A DNA stretch of 20,018 bases, from NCBI GenBank assembly GCA_026023565.1, contig JAPETS010000056.1:124001-144018 (forward strand). The letters run 5' to 3'. Below, piece by piece: positions 1 to 11,991 of the stretch. Numbering within the stretch: position 1 is the first letter of the stretch; every line of letters starts with the position of its first letter. The notes under the pieces were generated by a model that saw nothing but the letters and a program-made list of their open reading frames with translations, was not told the DNA's origin and did not search any database. This stretch comes from Cirrosporium novae-zelandiae (taxonomy: Eukaryota). The translations under genes and the position numbers were made by a program.

Positions 1-1184
1 TCTACGGGGAGAACTATTTGGTGAATCTAGTGAACCAGAAAGGGAGAGAAGAGCGGGTAAAGAACGCTTATGAGCAGATGGTTCGGCTTTTGATGACTTC
101 CCCTCAAGAATCGACTGAAGCAGATTCCATGTCGAGGGAGAAGCTCCATGTTGTTCAGCCTGGCGGAAACCCCCAGAAACCGTTGGATCATCTACACTAT
201 GTATATTTCGACTTTCATAACGAAACCAAAGGCCTAAAGTGGCACCGTACCGATCTTCTTCTCGACCAGCTAATGAGTGGACTCAATAAGGGTGGATATT
301 TCCGTGCTGTAGATATGCCGGGCGATACTCAAGGACAGATGGATGTCAAAAAGGTGCAGACATGCGTCGTCCGCACCAACTGCATGGACTGCTTGGATCG
401 CACAAATGTTGTGCAAAGTATGCTTGCGCGCTGGGCCTTGAACCGACAACTCCTTGACCTTGGTATTTTACAGCCAGGCGAATCTGCCACGGATGACGTT
501 ACTTTTGATTTCACCTACCGTAATATTTGGGCCGATAATGCCGATGTAGTCGCAAAATCGTATACAGGCACCGGCGCCTTAAAAACGGACTTTACTCGCA
601 CCGGGAAGCGGACTCGGGCCGGTATGCTACAAGATCTTAACAACTCAATAACTCGATATTTGATGAACAACTTTTCAGATGGCCCTAGACAAGATGCATT
701 CGATCTTCTTCTCGGCACCTATCTTCCCTCGTCTTCTCCTTTCCCTAACGTTCCGCTTTTTGCTGATCGCAGGCCCACCATGGTTCAAGCAATTCCATAT
801 ATTTTCTTCGCAAGCATTTTCATGATTTTAGTTGCCACATTCACTCGGCGTCTTCCTGATGCAACTGTTTGGCCTCTTCGCCTGTTTGTCATCTTCTGGT
901 TCGTGGTCGGGGGTTGGTGTACACAATTCATGCTTTCGAATGGCATGCTCTACGTAAGTGGCTCTTTTTTCCTAATACGGAATCTTCTTGCACATAGACT
1001 TACAATTCATTAGGTAAACTGGCCCAAGCTCAACACGCCCCCATGGGCAAGTGAAGGTTTCCATGAAGCCCTTTCCAACGTCCGCAGGGACAAGGTCCTT
1101 GGACCCTTGATTAATGGACACGAGCGTGGGGTAAGCACCAGCAAACTAAGTCATCTAGAAGAAGGAAAAAAGAGGATTGAGTGA
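1..1184 (+). CDS. SAC1: Phosphoinositide phosphatase Sac1, 3' part (5' end lies outside the window)
   Basis: Frame open from base 3 (YGENYLVNLVNQKGRE). Catalytic CX5R motif RTNCMDCLDRTNVVQ, then WADNAD and YTGTGALKTDFTRTGKRT, and two C-terminal hydrophobic helices. Intron 954-1013 (GTAAGT..TAG); last exon VNWPKL...EEGKKRIE, stop 1182-1184. Confidence 0.96.
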
Positions 1185-1798
1185 TTAGAACCCTCGGTGT
1201 TAGGGGTTCTTGGAGGTTAGAGGCATGTGGGAAAGGCATTTCATTTTATGGGAACCGCGATGGGGGGCAGTTTATAGAGCTCATTCCGGGAAACAATTTT
1301 ATTTCAAGGTACTATGGTGTAATACATTCGAAATTGGTCACTTCACTTTATGTATTTCTTTCGATTGAATCGGTATAGCATGGATGAGTTTCGGCTGGGG
1401 GATACTGCTCACTTCAGGTAGCAGCTTTGACAGACAGTATAATTACCCAACCATCAGATCAAATTAAAATCGAGATAACATTTCGATAAGACTTGAAGTA
1501 AAATGATAACTCTAATAGACACACTTTGTAGCTATTTAGATGGTTCTATATTCAAAAACTTCGTTTTAGGCTTACATAATCATATACTATGGTATACTAT
1601 GGTACATGGACAACTAATGTATGTGATGAATATGACAAAGGTGGTTGATAAATTTATTTCATTTCTATTTTCTAAATCTATATATCTATGACGCTTGAGC
1701 ACAATAACCCTTAGGTAATTAAGGTAATTAAGGGTGGTGTTGAACCATTAAGATGTCCAAGAATAAGTCAATCTTTCGATATGGGTAATATCCATCTT

Positions 1799-3582
1799 TT
1801 AATTCTTAAGTGCTCCTTCCTTCTGGCTTTCCAAAACCTCCATCAGCCCTCCCACCAAATGCAGACTCCCCGTTGCAAGCACCCACGTATCACCATTTTT
1901 CACCTTCTCTTTTTTAGCAATATTTCTCGCCTCCTTAACAGCCTCCTCAATGCTACCGCAAACTCTAACATCAGTCCCCTCACCATTAATTTCCTTCCAT
2001 GTATTTGCAAGTTCTTTTTGTACGCGCAGCGCTTTGACATCTGCAGCAGACGTGTTGAGACTTACGAGATCTGGCGCATAATGCGACGATGAGGAGTTGG
2101 GGGCATATGTAATATTCGTTGTGAAGATTGCGTGTGTAAAGGGATGAAGATTATTTGTTTTGGGGTCCTTTGAAGTTGACGATGCGAGAACTCGATATAA
2201 TTCCCTTGCTAGAGCGGATGGATCTCGCTCTCGTGTTTGCTGATTAAACAACAATATCCTAGGTTGTTTCTGATTTGGATTCCCCGATAGAAGATTCCCG
2301 AACCAAGATGCTGCAACGTCTATACTTTCCACCGTATGCCCACCATCGAGGTGCCAGCGTATTCCCGTCTCAGGCTCAGGCCGGATTTCACAACGTCCGG
2401 GCCAATGTACGGAACTGAGGCCGACGACAAATTCATCGGGAAGAGGTGATGCCGGGGACTCTGATGGCGAGAGAGGTGTTGGAGGTGAGTACTTTAGGGC
2501 TCGGAGATGAGCCATGGATATAGCGATCGCAAGGCTGGCATTTGTTTTCTGGAAGTCTGCTGCAAGTCCTAGAGGGACTGTGGACAGAGCAGGGTGTCGG
2601 GGCACTATCGTCAATTGAGTATTTTTCTCTGCTGCGCGTTGCTTCAGGACCTCGAGAGCTGGTTCAGGCTGGGGAACGGTAAAGCAAGGGGATGATGGCT
2701 TCATAATGCCGGCTTTGTGCCAGGCGATTTCAGGGAGTGTAGACCCTAGCATGGCGACATGGTCGATGCCCAGAGTAGTGATTCCGGTAACCGTAGGGCG
2801 AGTGATGATGTTTGTAGAATCATATTCTCCACCAATACCACATTCGAGTATCACAGTATCAACACCCTCGGAGAGGTACGTATGTAGCGCCATCAATGTG
2901 AGAAAGCGAAAATATATAGGCTTGGTAGCAGGGGTGCTAACATCGAAGCTCGGGTCAGGGTTTTCTTTGCGTGCGGAGGCCTCGAGTCGGTCCCAAACTT
3001 CAAAGAAGTATCTGGCGAATAGAGATTCGGAGAGCGGGGCATTGTTTATTTGAATGCGCTCGCGGACAAAGCGCAGGTGTGGTGAAGTGTAGAGACCAAT
3101 TTTATTGATTGGTGGGGAGGGGTTGGTGGGGGTGGAAGTGAGATATTGGGAAAGAATGGAGGAGATAAAGGCCGAGGTACTGCCTTTCCCTTTGGTGCCA
3201 GCGACGTGAATTATATTCAAGCGATCGAAGTCGGAGGGCTGGAGAAGTCGTTAAGAGGAGGTGGTTTGGGAGGAGAATGGGGAAGTCGCACACCTGATAA
3301 CCAACTTTACTGCACCATTCTATCATTTCAGGTATGGCTTGTTTGTTCATACCACGGCCAGACTTCCGAATAGCATCAACTATAGCAAAGTTGGATTGGA
3401 GAGTATTCAATGCCTTTACAGCATCCTTGATCAACGAAGCAACCGAGTCAGAAGGGATCAAAATATTGGGGAATGACACTCACGGAATATGTTCGCTCCA
3501 TATTGGAAGGTGTACAGGAAAACTGGCGACGAGAGATTAATGGTAGAAGTTTGACATATGTAGATGCCCAGGACAGATTCAT
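1799..3582 (-). CDS. MET7: Folylpolyglutamate synthase (Met7/met-6 type); long form 556 aa from ATG 3582, short form 529 aa from ATG 3501
   Basis: Exons 3582(or 3501)-3484, 3425-3294, 3238-1799, with GT-AG introns 3483-3426 and 3293-3239. N-terminus MERTYSDAVKALNTLQSN, P-loop HVAGTKGKGST, LYTSPHL, LECGIGGEYDSTN, IAWHKAGIMK, WPGRCE, LDGGHT, TGSLHLVGG. Confidence 0.93.
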
Positions 3583-3905
3583 TAGAGTATCATGATGATT
3601 GAAATAAATGTTTAAATAATAATCTTGTCAGATGTACTGTACCTTCATTGGTCTTGTTAAGGTCAGCCTTATCAGATACTTTGGAGGGTTCAACAGCGGG
3701 ATGTCCCGCATTAAGATCGGAGAAGCAACTTGTAACGGGCTGGTCAAATGGGAGGAAAGAAGAAGCGAAAATTTTTAGGGATTGGTATTGATCTTCCCTC
3801 CGATAGCTTTTTTCTCCGGCTCTGAAGAGAGAAATCTCCACAAACACTCCACTCCACTCAATTATATTTAGATCTATTTCTTGACCCAGACCCTTTGCCA
3901 AAATA

Positions 3906-6480
3906 ATGAAGAGGGCGCAAGGAGCAGCCAAAGCGCAATTGCGCTCTATTTCTTTGGCTAGCAAACGTGTCTCATCTCGACCATCTCTGGAACCCTTCAT
4001 CTGCCGGAGATGCGCCTCAACTATTGCCCTTCGGCCTCAGAGGTTACAACAATTATCACTGGACAGAAGGTGGCAGCAACGGAGACTGCAGTCTGGTGCA
4101 GCTGCTCAGGTGTAAGCAAACTGAACAAAAAAAAATAGTCATCTGCCGAAACTAATCATATTTTAGTCTTGAACAAGCTACGGCGGATCCGGAAGCTTTA
4201 TCTCAGCAAACTATCGTTGAGAATTTGTCCCCGGAAGAAGCTGCGCGAATCTCCAAAGTTCGCAATATCGGTATAGCTGTGAGCAGGGTTTCAGTGCTCT
4301 TATACATGTCAAATTTTTGACCTCTTTTAGGCCCATATTGACAGTGGTAAAACTACCGCAACCGAACGTGTTCTCTTCTATACCGGCCGTATAAAAGCCA
4401 TCCATGAAGTCCGAGGGAAAGATGCTGTGGGCGCAAAAATGGATTCTATGGATTTGGAACGTGAAAAAGGTATCACAATTCAATCTGCAGCTACATTTTG
4501 CGATTGGATGAAGAAAGAGAATGGCCAAGAGGAGAAATACCATATCAATCTGATTGATACACCTGGCCATATTGATTTTACAATTGAGGTTGAACGTGCT
4601 TTGCGAGTTCTGGATGGTGCAGTAATGATCCTTTGTGCTGTCTCAGGTGTTCAAAGTCAGACAGTTACTGTGGACAGACAGATGAGGAGATATAATGTTC
4701 CCAGGGTATCATTTATCAACAAGATGGATCGTATGGGGGCGAACCCATTTAAAGCTGTCGACCAGATTAACCAGAAATTAAAGTTACCGGCAGCCGCTAT
4801 CCAAGTACCCATTGGCGGAGAGGATACTTTTAAGGGCGTTGTGGATATTATCAGGATGAAGGCCATATATAACGAGGGAGAAAGTGGGGAAATTATTGTA
4901 GAGAAAGATGAAATTCCTGAGGATGTCAAACCCATAGCGGAGAAAAGAAGGAAGATACTCATTGAGACACTAGCCGATGTCGACGACGAAATAGCGGAGC
5001 TATTTCTAGATGAAAAAACACCCTCCCCTGAACAAATAAAAGCTGCTATCCGTCGAGCCACAATCGCCCTGAAGTTCACACCCGTTCTGATGGGGTCTGC
5101 TTTGGCGGACAAGTCTGTGCAGCCAATGCTTGATGCCGTATGCGATTACCTCCCCAACCCCGCCGAAGTCGAGAACTTGGCATTGGACCAACGACGTAAA
5201 GAGGCCGAAGTGAAGCTCATCCCATACAACTCTCTTCCGTTTGTTGGGCTTGCATTTAAATTGGAGGAAAGCAACTTTGGCCAACTTACATATATCCGTG
5301 TCTACCAAGGTAATATTCGGAAAGGTATGCATGTCTACAATGCTCGTACCAGCAAAAAAGTCAAGATTCCTCGCATCGTACGGATGCACTCCAATGAAAT
5401 GGAAGAAGTTTCCATCATTGGTGCCGGCGAGATCTGTGCTGTCTTTGGTGTCGACTGTGCTTCAGGGGATACATTCACTGACGGTACTCTTGGCTACACC
5501 ATGTCATCCATGTTTGTCCCAGAGCCTGTCATATCTCTCTCAATTAAGCCTAAGAACAACAAAGATACTGCCAACTTCTCCAAGGCCATGAGCCGATTCA
5601 ATCGTGAAGACCCTACATTCCGTGTTCATGTTGATCCCGAATCTCAGGAAACTATTATCTCTGGAATGGGTGAACTCCATCTCGATGTCTATGTTGAGCG
5701 TATGCGTCGTGAATATAAGGTAGACTGCGAGACCGGAAAGCCCCAAGTTGCCTATCGCGAAACCGTTACACAAAAGGTACCATTTGATCACCTTCTTAAG
5801 AAACAGACTGGCGGTGCTGGTGATTTTGCTCGTGTCATGGGATGGATGGAACCTACTGGCTCCCTGGACAAGAATCAGTTCGAGGAACAGATTCATGGTG
5901 GTACCATCTCAGAAAAATTCTTATTTGCCTGCGAGAAAGGATTCAATGCGTCTTGTGAAAAGGGACCTCTTCTTGGACACCGAGTCTTGGGTACAAGGAT
6001 GGTTATCAATGACGGTGCTACGCACATGACGGATTCCTCAGAAATGGCCTTTAGGAATGCCACCCAACAAGCTTTCCGAAAAGCATTTGCGGAAGCAAAA
6101 CCAGCCGTGCTAGAACCACTGATGAAAACAACCATCACCGCTCCCAATGAGTTTCAAGGAAATATTGTTGGTCTGCTAAATAAAAGAAATGCAGTTATTA
6201 ATGACACCGAAATTGGACCTGAGGATTTTACAATTTACGCCGACTGTAGCCTGAACTCCATGTTTGGATTTAGCAGTCACTTGAGAGCAGCCACACAAGG
6301 AAAAGGAGAATTCACCATGGAGTTTTCTCACTATTCTCCTGCACCGATGCAAGTACAGTAAGTCCCCTCGAAGCATTTCAACTTCTCAGCCTAGTTTTTT
6401 GCTAACCCCTTATTTTTACGTTGTATAGAAAGGAGCTCATTGCCGCCCACGAGAAGCAAAGACTTGCCGCTAAGAAATAA
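3906..6480 (+). CDS. MEF1: Mitochondrial translation elongation factor G1, about 798 aa
   Basis: Exons 3906-4111, 4167-4278, 4331-6357, 6429-6480. Arg/Ser-rich presequence; [15 protein letters not shown] joined across intron 2; [58 protein letters not shown]. Confidence 0.97.
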
Positions 6481-7343
6481 CTTTAGTGCTTGGATGATCA
6501 ATAAGTAGTGTATTATTAGACTTTTGGAATGAATACGGTTCTCGAAGGCTGGAAAGCCTTCATTTTCAAAGGTATTATCCAGCTGTACCATTCGTCGGTA
6601 TATGTCCTGGAGATGTTAAATATGCGTACACCTAAAGGTGAATAGAGGAAAGGCTATATGTTGAGCTATTTCTTTGAAGAGCCAGAGCTTGGTGAAAAGC
6701 GCCAAAATGGGGCAAGAAACATGTCGTAGTGGATCACAAAGATGTTTTTACTAATTTCCAAACAACTAGGAGGAAGGAAAAAACGGGCAGGATAAAAAGC
6801 AACATGTCAGTGAGACTGTCCATGGTGATATTCTGCTTAAGGCGGATTGGACGTAATATGTGGAGTTTTCTACATTGTAACAAAGAAAATCCAGGAATAG
6901 TACTTGCTGCTTAGACTATAGCCTGGAACATAATAAGGTCATTACTTATTTTTGTAGTATTAGATAGATTCAAGTTAACTGGCAGCTGAGATGAAAGTAG
7001 TATGATTAATACCAATCTTCAGATAAGGTGAGGAGCCAATACAAATCAAAGGAAAGGGATTCTTCCCCATATAGCCTAATGATGGTGGATTTCTTCAGAG
7101 GATGAGGATTTGTTGGTCCTGTAAAATCTGGGGAACGTTGACCCTGGGGTTCGTTTGGTGCATGAACGGTGCATGAACGATGCCTAAACTTTGTTTTTCT
7201 TCTTCCAAAATCATCAACTCTTCATTTTTACCTTGTAACACCAGATTTCACTCAACGAGACATACAAAATGGATGTTACAAGTATCATTTCTCCTTGATA
7301 ACGTCTATAAACGGTATCCAGTCGATTACCCATCCCCTCCAAC

Positions 7344-8624
7344 ATGGGTGAGAAACGCAAAAACCCTCCACGCCATCGCACCTTCGAACCTTCATCCAAG
7401 AGGCGGGTGTCAGGAACACCGCGACAACAAACTCCCCCTCCCCCAAAGTTAGAGGATCTTCTGCCTACGAAAATTGAGGATGATACCTTGATACCAACGC
7501 TCCCTACTCCTCAATCAAACGACCTTTCGACAAAAAAATATCAGTCTGTGAGAGAGAGGTACGTCTAGAAGCTTTACATATTTTGCAAATAGGAAATTAA
7601 TATTTTATGATTCGATAGTGGTGTCCTTCCTGCGGCGATCAATCGTTCGAAACAAAGGTGGATATTCGATGGCATTCTTGAGCGATACTGGGTTAAGCCT
7701 TCCAGATCTAAGAAAGTACAGCAAAGCCAGCCTGAAGTCAACAATCCTCCAAGGGAATCAATGGTGAAATTTGGAAATTGTACGGTCATTATTGAACCTC
7801 ATATTTTCGAGACGACTCTATACACTGTGAAGGATCCTCAGAGCTTTCAACAGGTTCAATATAACCATAGTCATACTCCACCCGTTCCACAGAAAACTGG
7901 TAGTGGGTATGGCCATGGTCAGCAATATCCCACCCCTAGTCCATATGCGAATGGACCAGCGCAACAGATCCAGCAATACCCGCAGAACCAGAAACCATTT
8001 TCACAGCAGAATCCACAATATCAACCCCCACAAGGTCCACCGAGATCTCAGACCCCTCAACGACCTCCAAGTGGGGCTGGATACCGCCCTCCCCCACCTC
8101 AGCCACTTGAACCTCAAGCTCAAGCAAATCATTACCATCCACCACTTAACCAAGGGGCATCGCCATATCCACATCATCCACAAGCTCATAGACCTGTACA
8201 TCACCCTCCACCAGCGGATCCGGTGCCTCACCCGAAACCAAGCCCTGATCCTGTGATTCAAATGCTCGCTACACGTGCGGCCACAGATCCAGAGTTAAAA
8301 CAACTCATGCGAGTTGTCGCAGCAAGTCAAGCTACGCAAGCACAGTTGAAGCAATTCCAGGCACATATTGATGAGCTAAACGCCATTATAGCTTCACAAC
8401 AAGCAGCCAAGGCCGCAGAACAAGCACCTACATACAGACCTCCTCAATCTCCTCCACCGCCACAGGTGCAGTCCTATTCTCAACAGCTGCCCCAATCACA
8501 TCAGCAACTTCCCCCAATGAATATTGGATACAATCAACCAGGTCCACCACCTCCTCGTTCCTCAACTCCTCAAATGAAGCATGAAAACCCCCCATACACC
8601 CCTAAACCCCCACAACACTTTCAA

Positions 8625-8722
<98 letters not shown>

Positions 8723-9572
8723 ACATCGAAAACAACAACCGCTACCACAAGTCCATCCCCAAATTCAACCCTATCCTCCACCTCCCTCACGTGCGGTGCA
8801 ATCCCGTCCTCCACCCCCACCTCATCCACATAAGTCTGAACTTGCAACGGTGTTGCTGGAATTTGCTTCCGGAAATGGAGACCGTTTCTTGTTCCCTAAA
8901 AATAGTATTTTGGATTATTTGGGAGATAGGACGCAAGTTGTTGTCAGCTTTTTGGTAGTACACGAGGGTCATAAACCAGACATTCCCGTTGGCACTACCA
9001 AGGAGGCCAATTCCAGTGCCAGGAGTACGAAAGAGACAAAAACGCCAAGCAAGTCAGCTACTAGCCACCCACCGTCTTCGTCATCTAAGAAAGAGAAAGA
9101 GCCAGCTACAAAGCAAGGACAGGAAAAAGAAAAGGAAAAAGACAAACATACCCCCTCAAAAGATAGCAAAGCCGCCACCAAGGAAGCACAGAAAGTCGAA
9201 CCTTCAAGCTTTAACAAGCCTCTTTCCACATCCTCCAAATCTTTCTACCAGCCAATAACCATCCGTCTTTCCGCCCCTACTGCCAAAACTCTGGAACCCC
9301 TGGCCAAGGCCGTACACCCTGCCGATGAGGTACGGAAATACATGGAAGATATTATGGATAAGATGGAGCGTGCCGATGGGGAGGGCGTTTTCTTGGCGCC
9401 GCGGTTGCCAAAAGATGAGAGCGGGGAAGGGGGTCCTGTTAATATCGGAAGTCTACAAGATGACGATACGACGAAGGAGAAAGTAGAGGCGTTGAAGGGG
9501 AGGTATGAGGGACCTAGCAGTGTTTTCCCTTTAAAAGAGGGAAGCCATTGGGCAGGGTGGGTTGTTGTATGA
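7344..9572 (+). CDS. SWC3: SWR1 chromatin-remodelling complex subunit Swc3-like protein, about 722 aa, Pro/Gln-rich
   Basis: Exon 1 7344-7558, intron 7559-7618 (GTACGT..TAG), exon 2 7619-9572. Blocks YQSVRESGVL...ERYWVKP...NPPRESMVKFGNCTVIIEPHIFE, PDPVIQMLATRAATDPELKQLMRVVA, DRFLFPKNSIL and YQPITIRL match filamentous-fungal Swc3 as I recall it. Confidence 0.8.
8622..8723 (+). repeat. Coding microsatellite: (CAACAG)15 core at 8625-8714 within a 34-residue polyglutamine tract
   Basis: Read directly: 34 consecutive CAA/CAG codons in the SWC3 frame. Confidence 0.98.
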
Positions 9573-9842
9573 GAGGGCTGGTATCTGCTTGGCTATAGGC
9601 TGTAAAAGCTTGTGTGGCGGTGTTTGGTTTCTGCTTACTATGAATGCGTTATGATGATACCCTACAGAATATGTTTGCTTCCACAATTTCTACTTGGGAA
9701 TTTAACAGCCCACGTTTTCCGTCTTGTTCGTGCTTAAGCCTTTACAAAACCGATGACTACTAGTACGTATAATTGATTATTTACAAGGCCATTATACTTC
9801 ACTCTCCGCACCATCCTTAGGGTCCTATTCATTCAAAGTTTC

Positions 9843-11295
9843 TCAATAACTAGTATCAATCCACCCCTTGTACCCACTACCGAACAATGTCGTTTTAGTA
9901 ACCGCAGAAGTTGTAGATGTTTCGTATTCCCTCTCTGAAGTGTCAGAGCCATCTCCTGAGTTCTCATATTCTTCAAAAGTTCTATCTTCCCTATTAGCAG
10001 TGACTAATAAATGGTTTATGATGTACGATGCAATGACTTACGGAGTAGCACCATCCGCCATTGTCGCCCAGCCTTTCGGGTTGATGATATCGGAAAGAGT
10101 TGAATACTGATATATGACTCGTGCAAGAACTCTCCATGGTCTTCCAAGGTAAACATCCTCTTCAAGATCATAGCCAGATGCCGCTTTCACTGTGCTGTGA
10201 TCAATTACATACCTTCAACGTGCATTAGCTCCACAATATAATGGTTCAATGGAGAGTACGGACCAGGCATCATCTGTTGACAATTGACGGCTATTCGCTG
10301 TGATGTAACCTGCACCATTTGCTGCAATTGTACCTAGGACATGATTAATAATTAAACATAAAAGGGGGACTTGTGGCTTACATTCTCCAAACCAAGCAGC
10401 CGCATCACCAAAGATAAAGTCAACCGCACCTAGAGAAATATTATAAGCATACATCCAAAGTTTGAATGCTAATAAGTACCACCAGCGCCCATTATGGTTG
10501 GACTGATTAATGGTTCTTTTGGAGTCCAGGAGGTCATTAGGGGAGGGACACAGTGTCGGTTCTCACCTTCTATATAGCAATTGGAATAATACTGATTGCC
10601 AGCTTTGGCGTACAATGTATCCTGGTATCCAGAAAAGGAGCAACCATAGTAGCCTTGATAGTCACCGTTTGCAGTCACTGCAACAGCCTAGCAACATGGA
10701 TGCCAGAAGTCAGGGACTGGGGACCAAACTTAAGTGCCAGTGCGTACTCACCTGCGAGCCAGAACCATAACTATTCTCGAAGTTGATGTTGTAGACTTTG
10801 ACATAATCGCCTTTAAATTGAACCGTAGAGCTGGCATCTAGGCTACCGGCTGCTGACGAAGTCTCGCTATGTGTAAAGGTTACTACATTCTTCTTGTAGC
10901 TTGAGGTACTGATTGTTAATGTCAGCGACTGGAATGCGAATAAGTGAAGAATATTAGTCCAACTCTGATGTGTAACCGTAAAGGGTCAAATTTCCACCAT
11001 AGTCAATGATGACTTGTTCTGTATATGTTCCCTAAACCGATCAAATCAGTACAAGTACACTTTTGTTACAATAATAAAAGGGCCAAACCGAGTAAATAAA
11101 GATGCAAGCATCATCAGTTGAACTTCCTAGACTGTCAACGGCATCACCTAAAGAACTATATTCCCCAGTTCCAGTACTAGATCCTCGAACGACTAAACAA
11201 TTGTCAGGATTGCTAGTTCGGCCAGTTCTTTTGATAAGATGCGAAGAACCCCCTAGATTCCACAAAGCGAAGAGGAAGAGATGTTGGATCTTCAT
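9843..11295 (-). CDS. Secreted pectin methylesterase (pectinesterase, CE8), about 326 aa, 8 exons
   Basis: Exons 11295-11089, 11031-10964, 10908-10752, 10687-10567, 10429-10382, 10333-10264, 10212-10042, 9981-9843; all phases fit with GT-AG introns. Signal peptide MKIQHLFLFALWNLGGSS; CE8 motifs GTYTEQV, QAVAV, GYQDTLY, IEGAVDFIFG, YLGRPW. Confidence 0.93.
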
Positions 11296-11600
11296 TGCAT
11301 GCAAAAAAAGACAATAGTATGAGGATAGACTGCAGTACGAGACAATAAAGAAAACAAAATGAGGAACCAATATTATATATATTATTTGTTTCATGGTCTA
11401 ATTGTCGTATCGGCTTTGCATGCATAAACAGCCTAAAGTAAATGGAGATTTGATTGCAGATATCATTATATCCATATTAACAACAACAGCCATCGCTATT
11501 GATATTGTTTCATTAGACAATAATATCTTTATAGAGAATACGGAGGGTATCCAGCCGTACTATAATAAATGGTGGAAAATTCAAGAGGGAAAATGAAGCT

Positions 11601-11766
11601 GCGGGGGTGCCGGTCATGTTTCGAGTAGGACTTTAGTCAAGTGGGGTGGAGTTGCCTCAAACATTGTCTGCGGAGTTTGACACTCCGACGGAGAGTTGGT
11701 CCCTCGCTTAAAACAAGACCTCAGTTATGATCGTTGATGGATTTTTGGTGAGACCAACTTCCGGAG
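11601..11766. promoter_or_regulatory. Candidate regulatory cluster in the divergent pectinase promoter: CGG-N11-CCG Zn2Cys6-type site plus CreA-type SYGGRG sites
   Basis: CGGAGT-TTGAC-ACTCCG at 11671-11687. SYGGRG matches at 11601 (GCGGGG), 11641 (GTGGGG), 11646 (GTGGAG), 11670 (GCGGAG) and 11761 (CCGGAG). Confidence 0.5.
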
Positions 11767-11991
11767 TCCAATTCTGGTAATTTGCGCAACCGACGTTAAT
11801 TAAGCACATCACCAGTTTCATCAATAATATTCCGGTCTGCCGTTTGAATCAAGATGGGACATTGGACTGAGATTAGTGGTATATCCAGACTCAATCATCA
11901 ATCTTTGACGATTATTTAAAAGTTGTTGCCATGCTTTTTTCATGTATGCTTATGCTTGTTGATATTTACTACGGTATGTCCATTTGAGAAG

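Noticed and set aside
3590..4000. 136-aa minus-strand ORF across the FPGS/MEF1 intergenic region
   Set aside because: Overlaps MEF1 exon 1 antisense and has no recognisable features; probably chance.
4211..6147. Several antisense and off-frame ORFs of 84-151 aa over MEF1
   Set aside because: Shadows of a conserved CDS with no independent motifs.
7157..7179. Tandem duplication GGTGCATGAAC x2 upstream of SWC3 (similar short doublets near 1583 and 1713)
   Set aside because: Two-copy slippage events; not an array and no evidence of function.
8581..8958. ORFs with (NS)n and antisense (VA)n repeats
   Set aside because: Alternative readings of the CAACAG microsatellite inside SWC3.
11923..11991. 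Track ORF extension upstream of xghA
   Set aside because: Starts at TTG; ATG 11992 gives a proper signal peptide.
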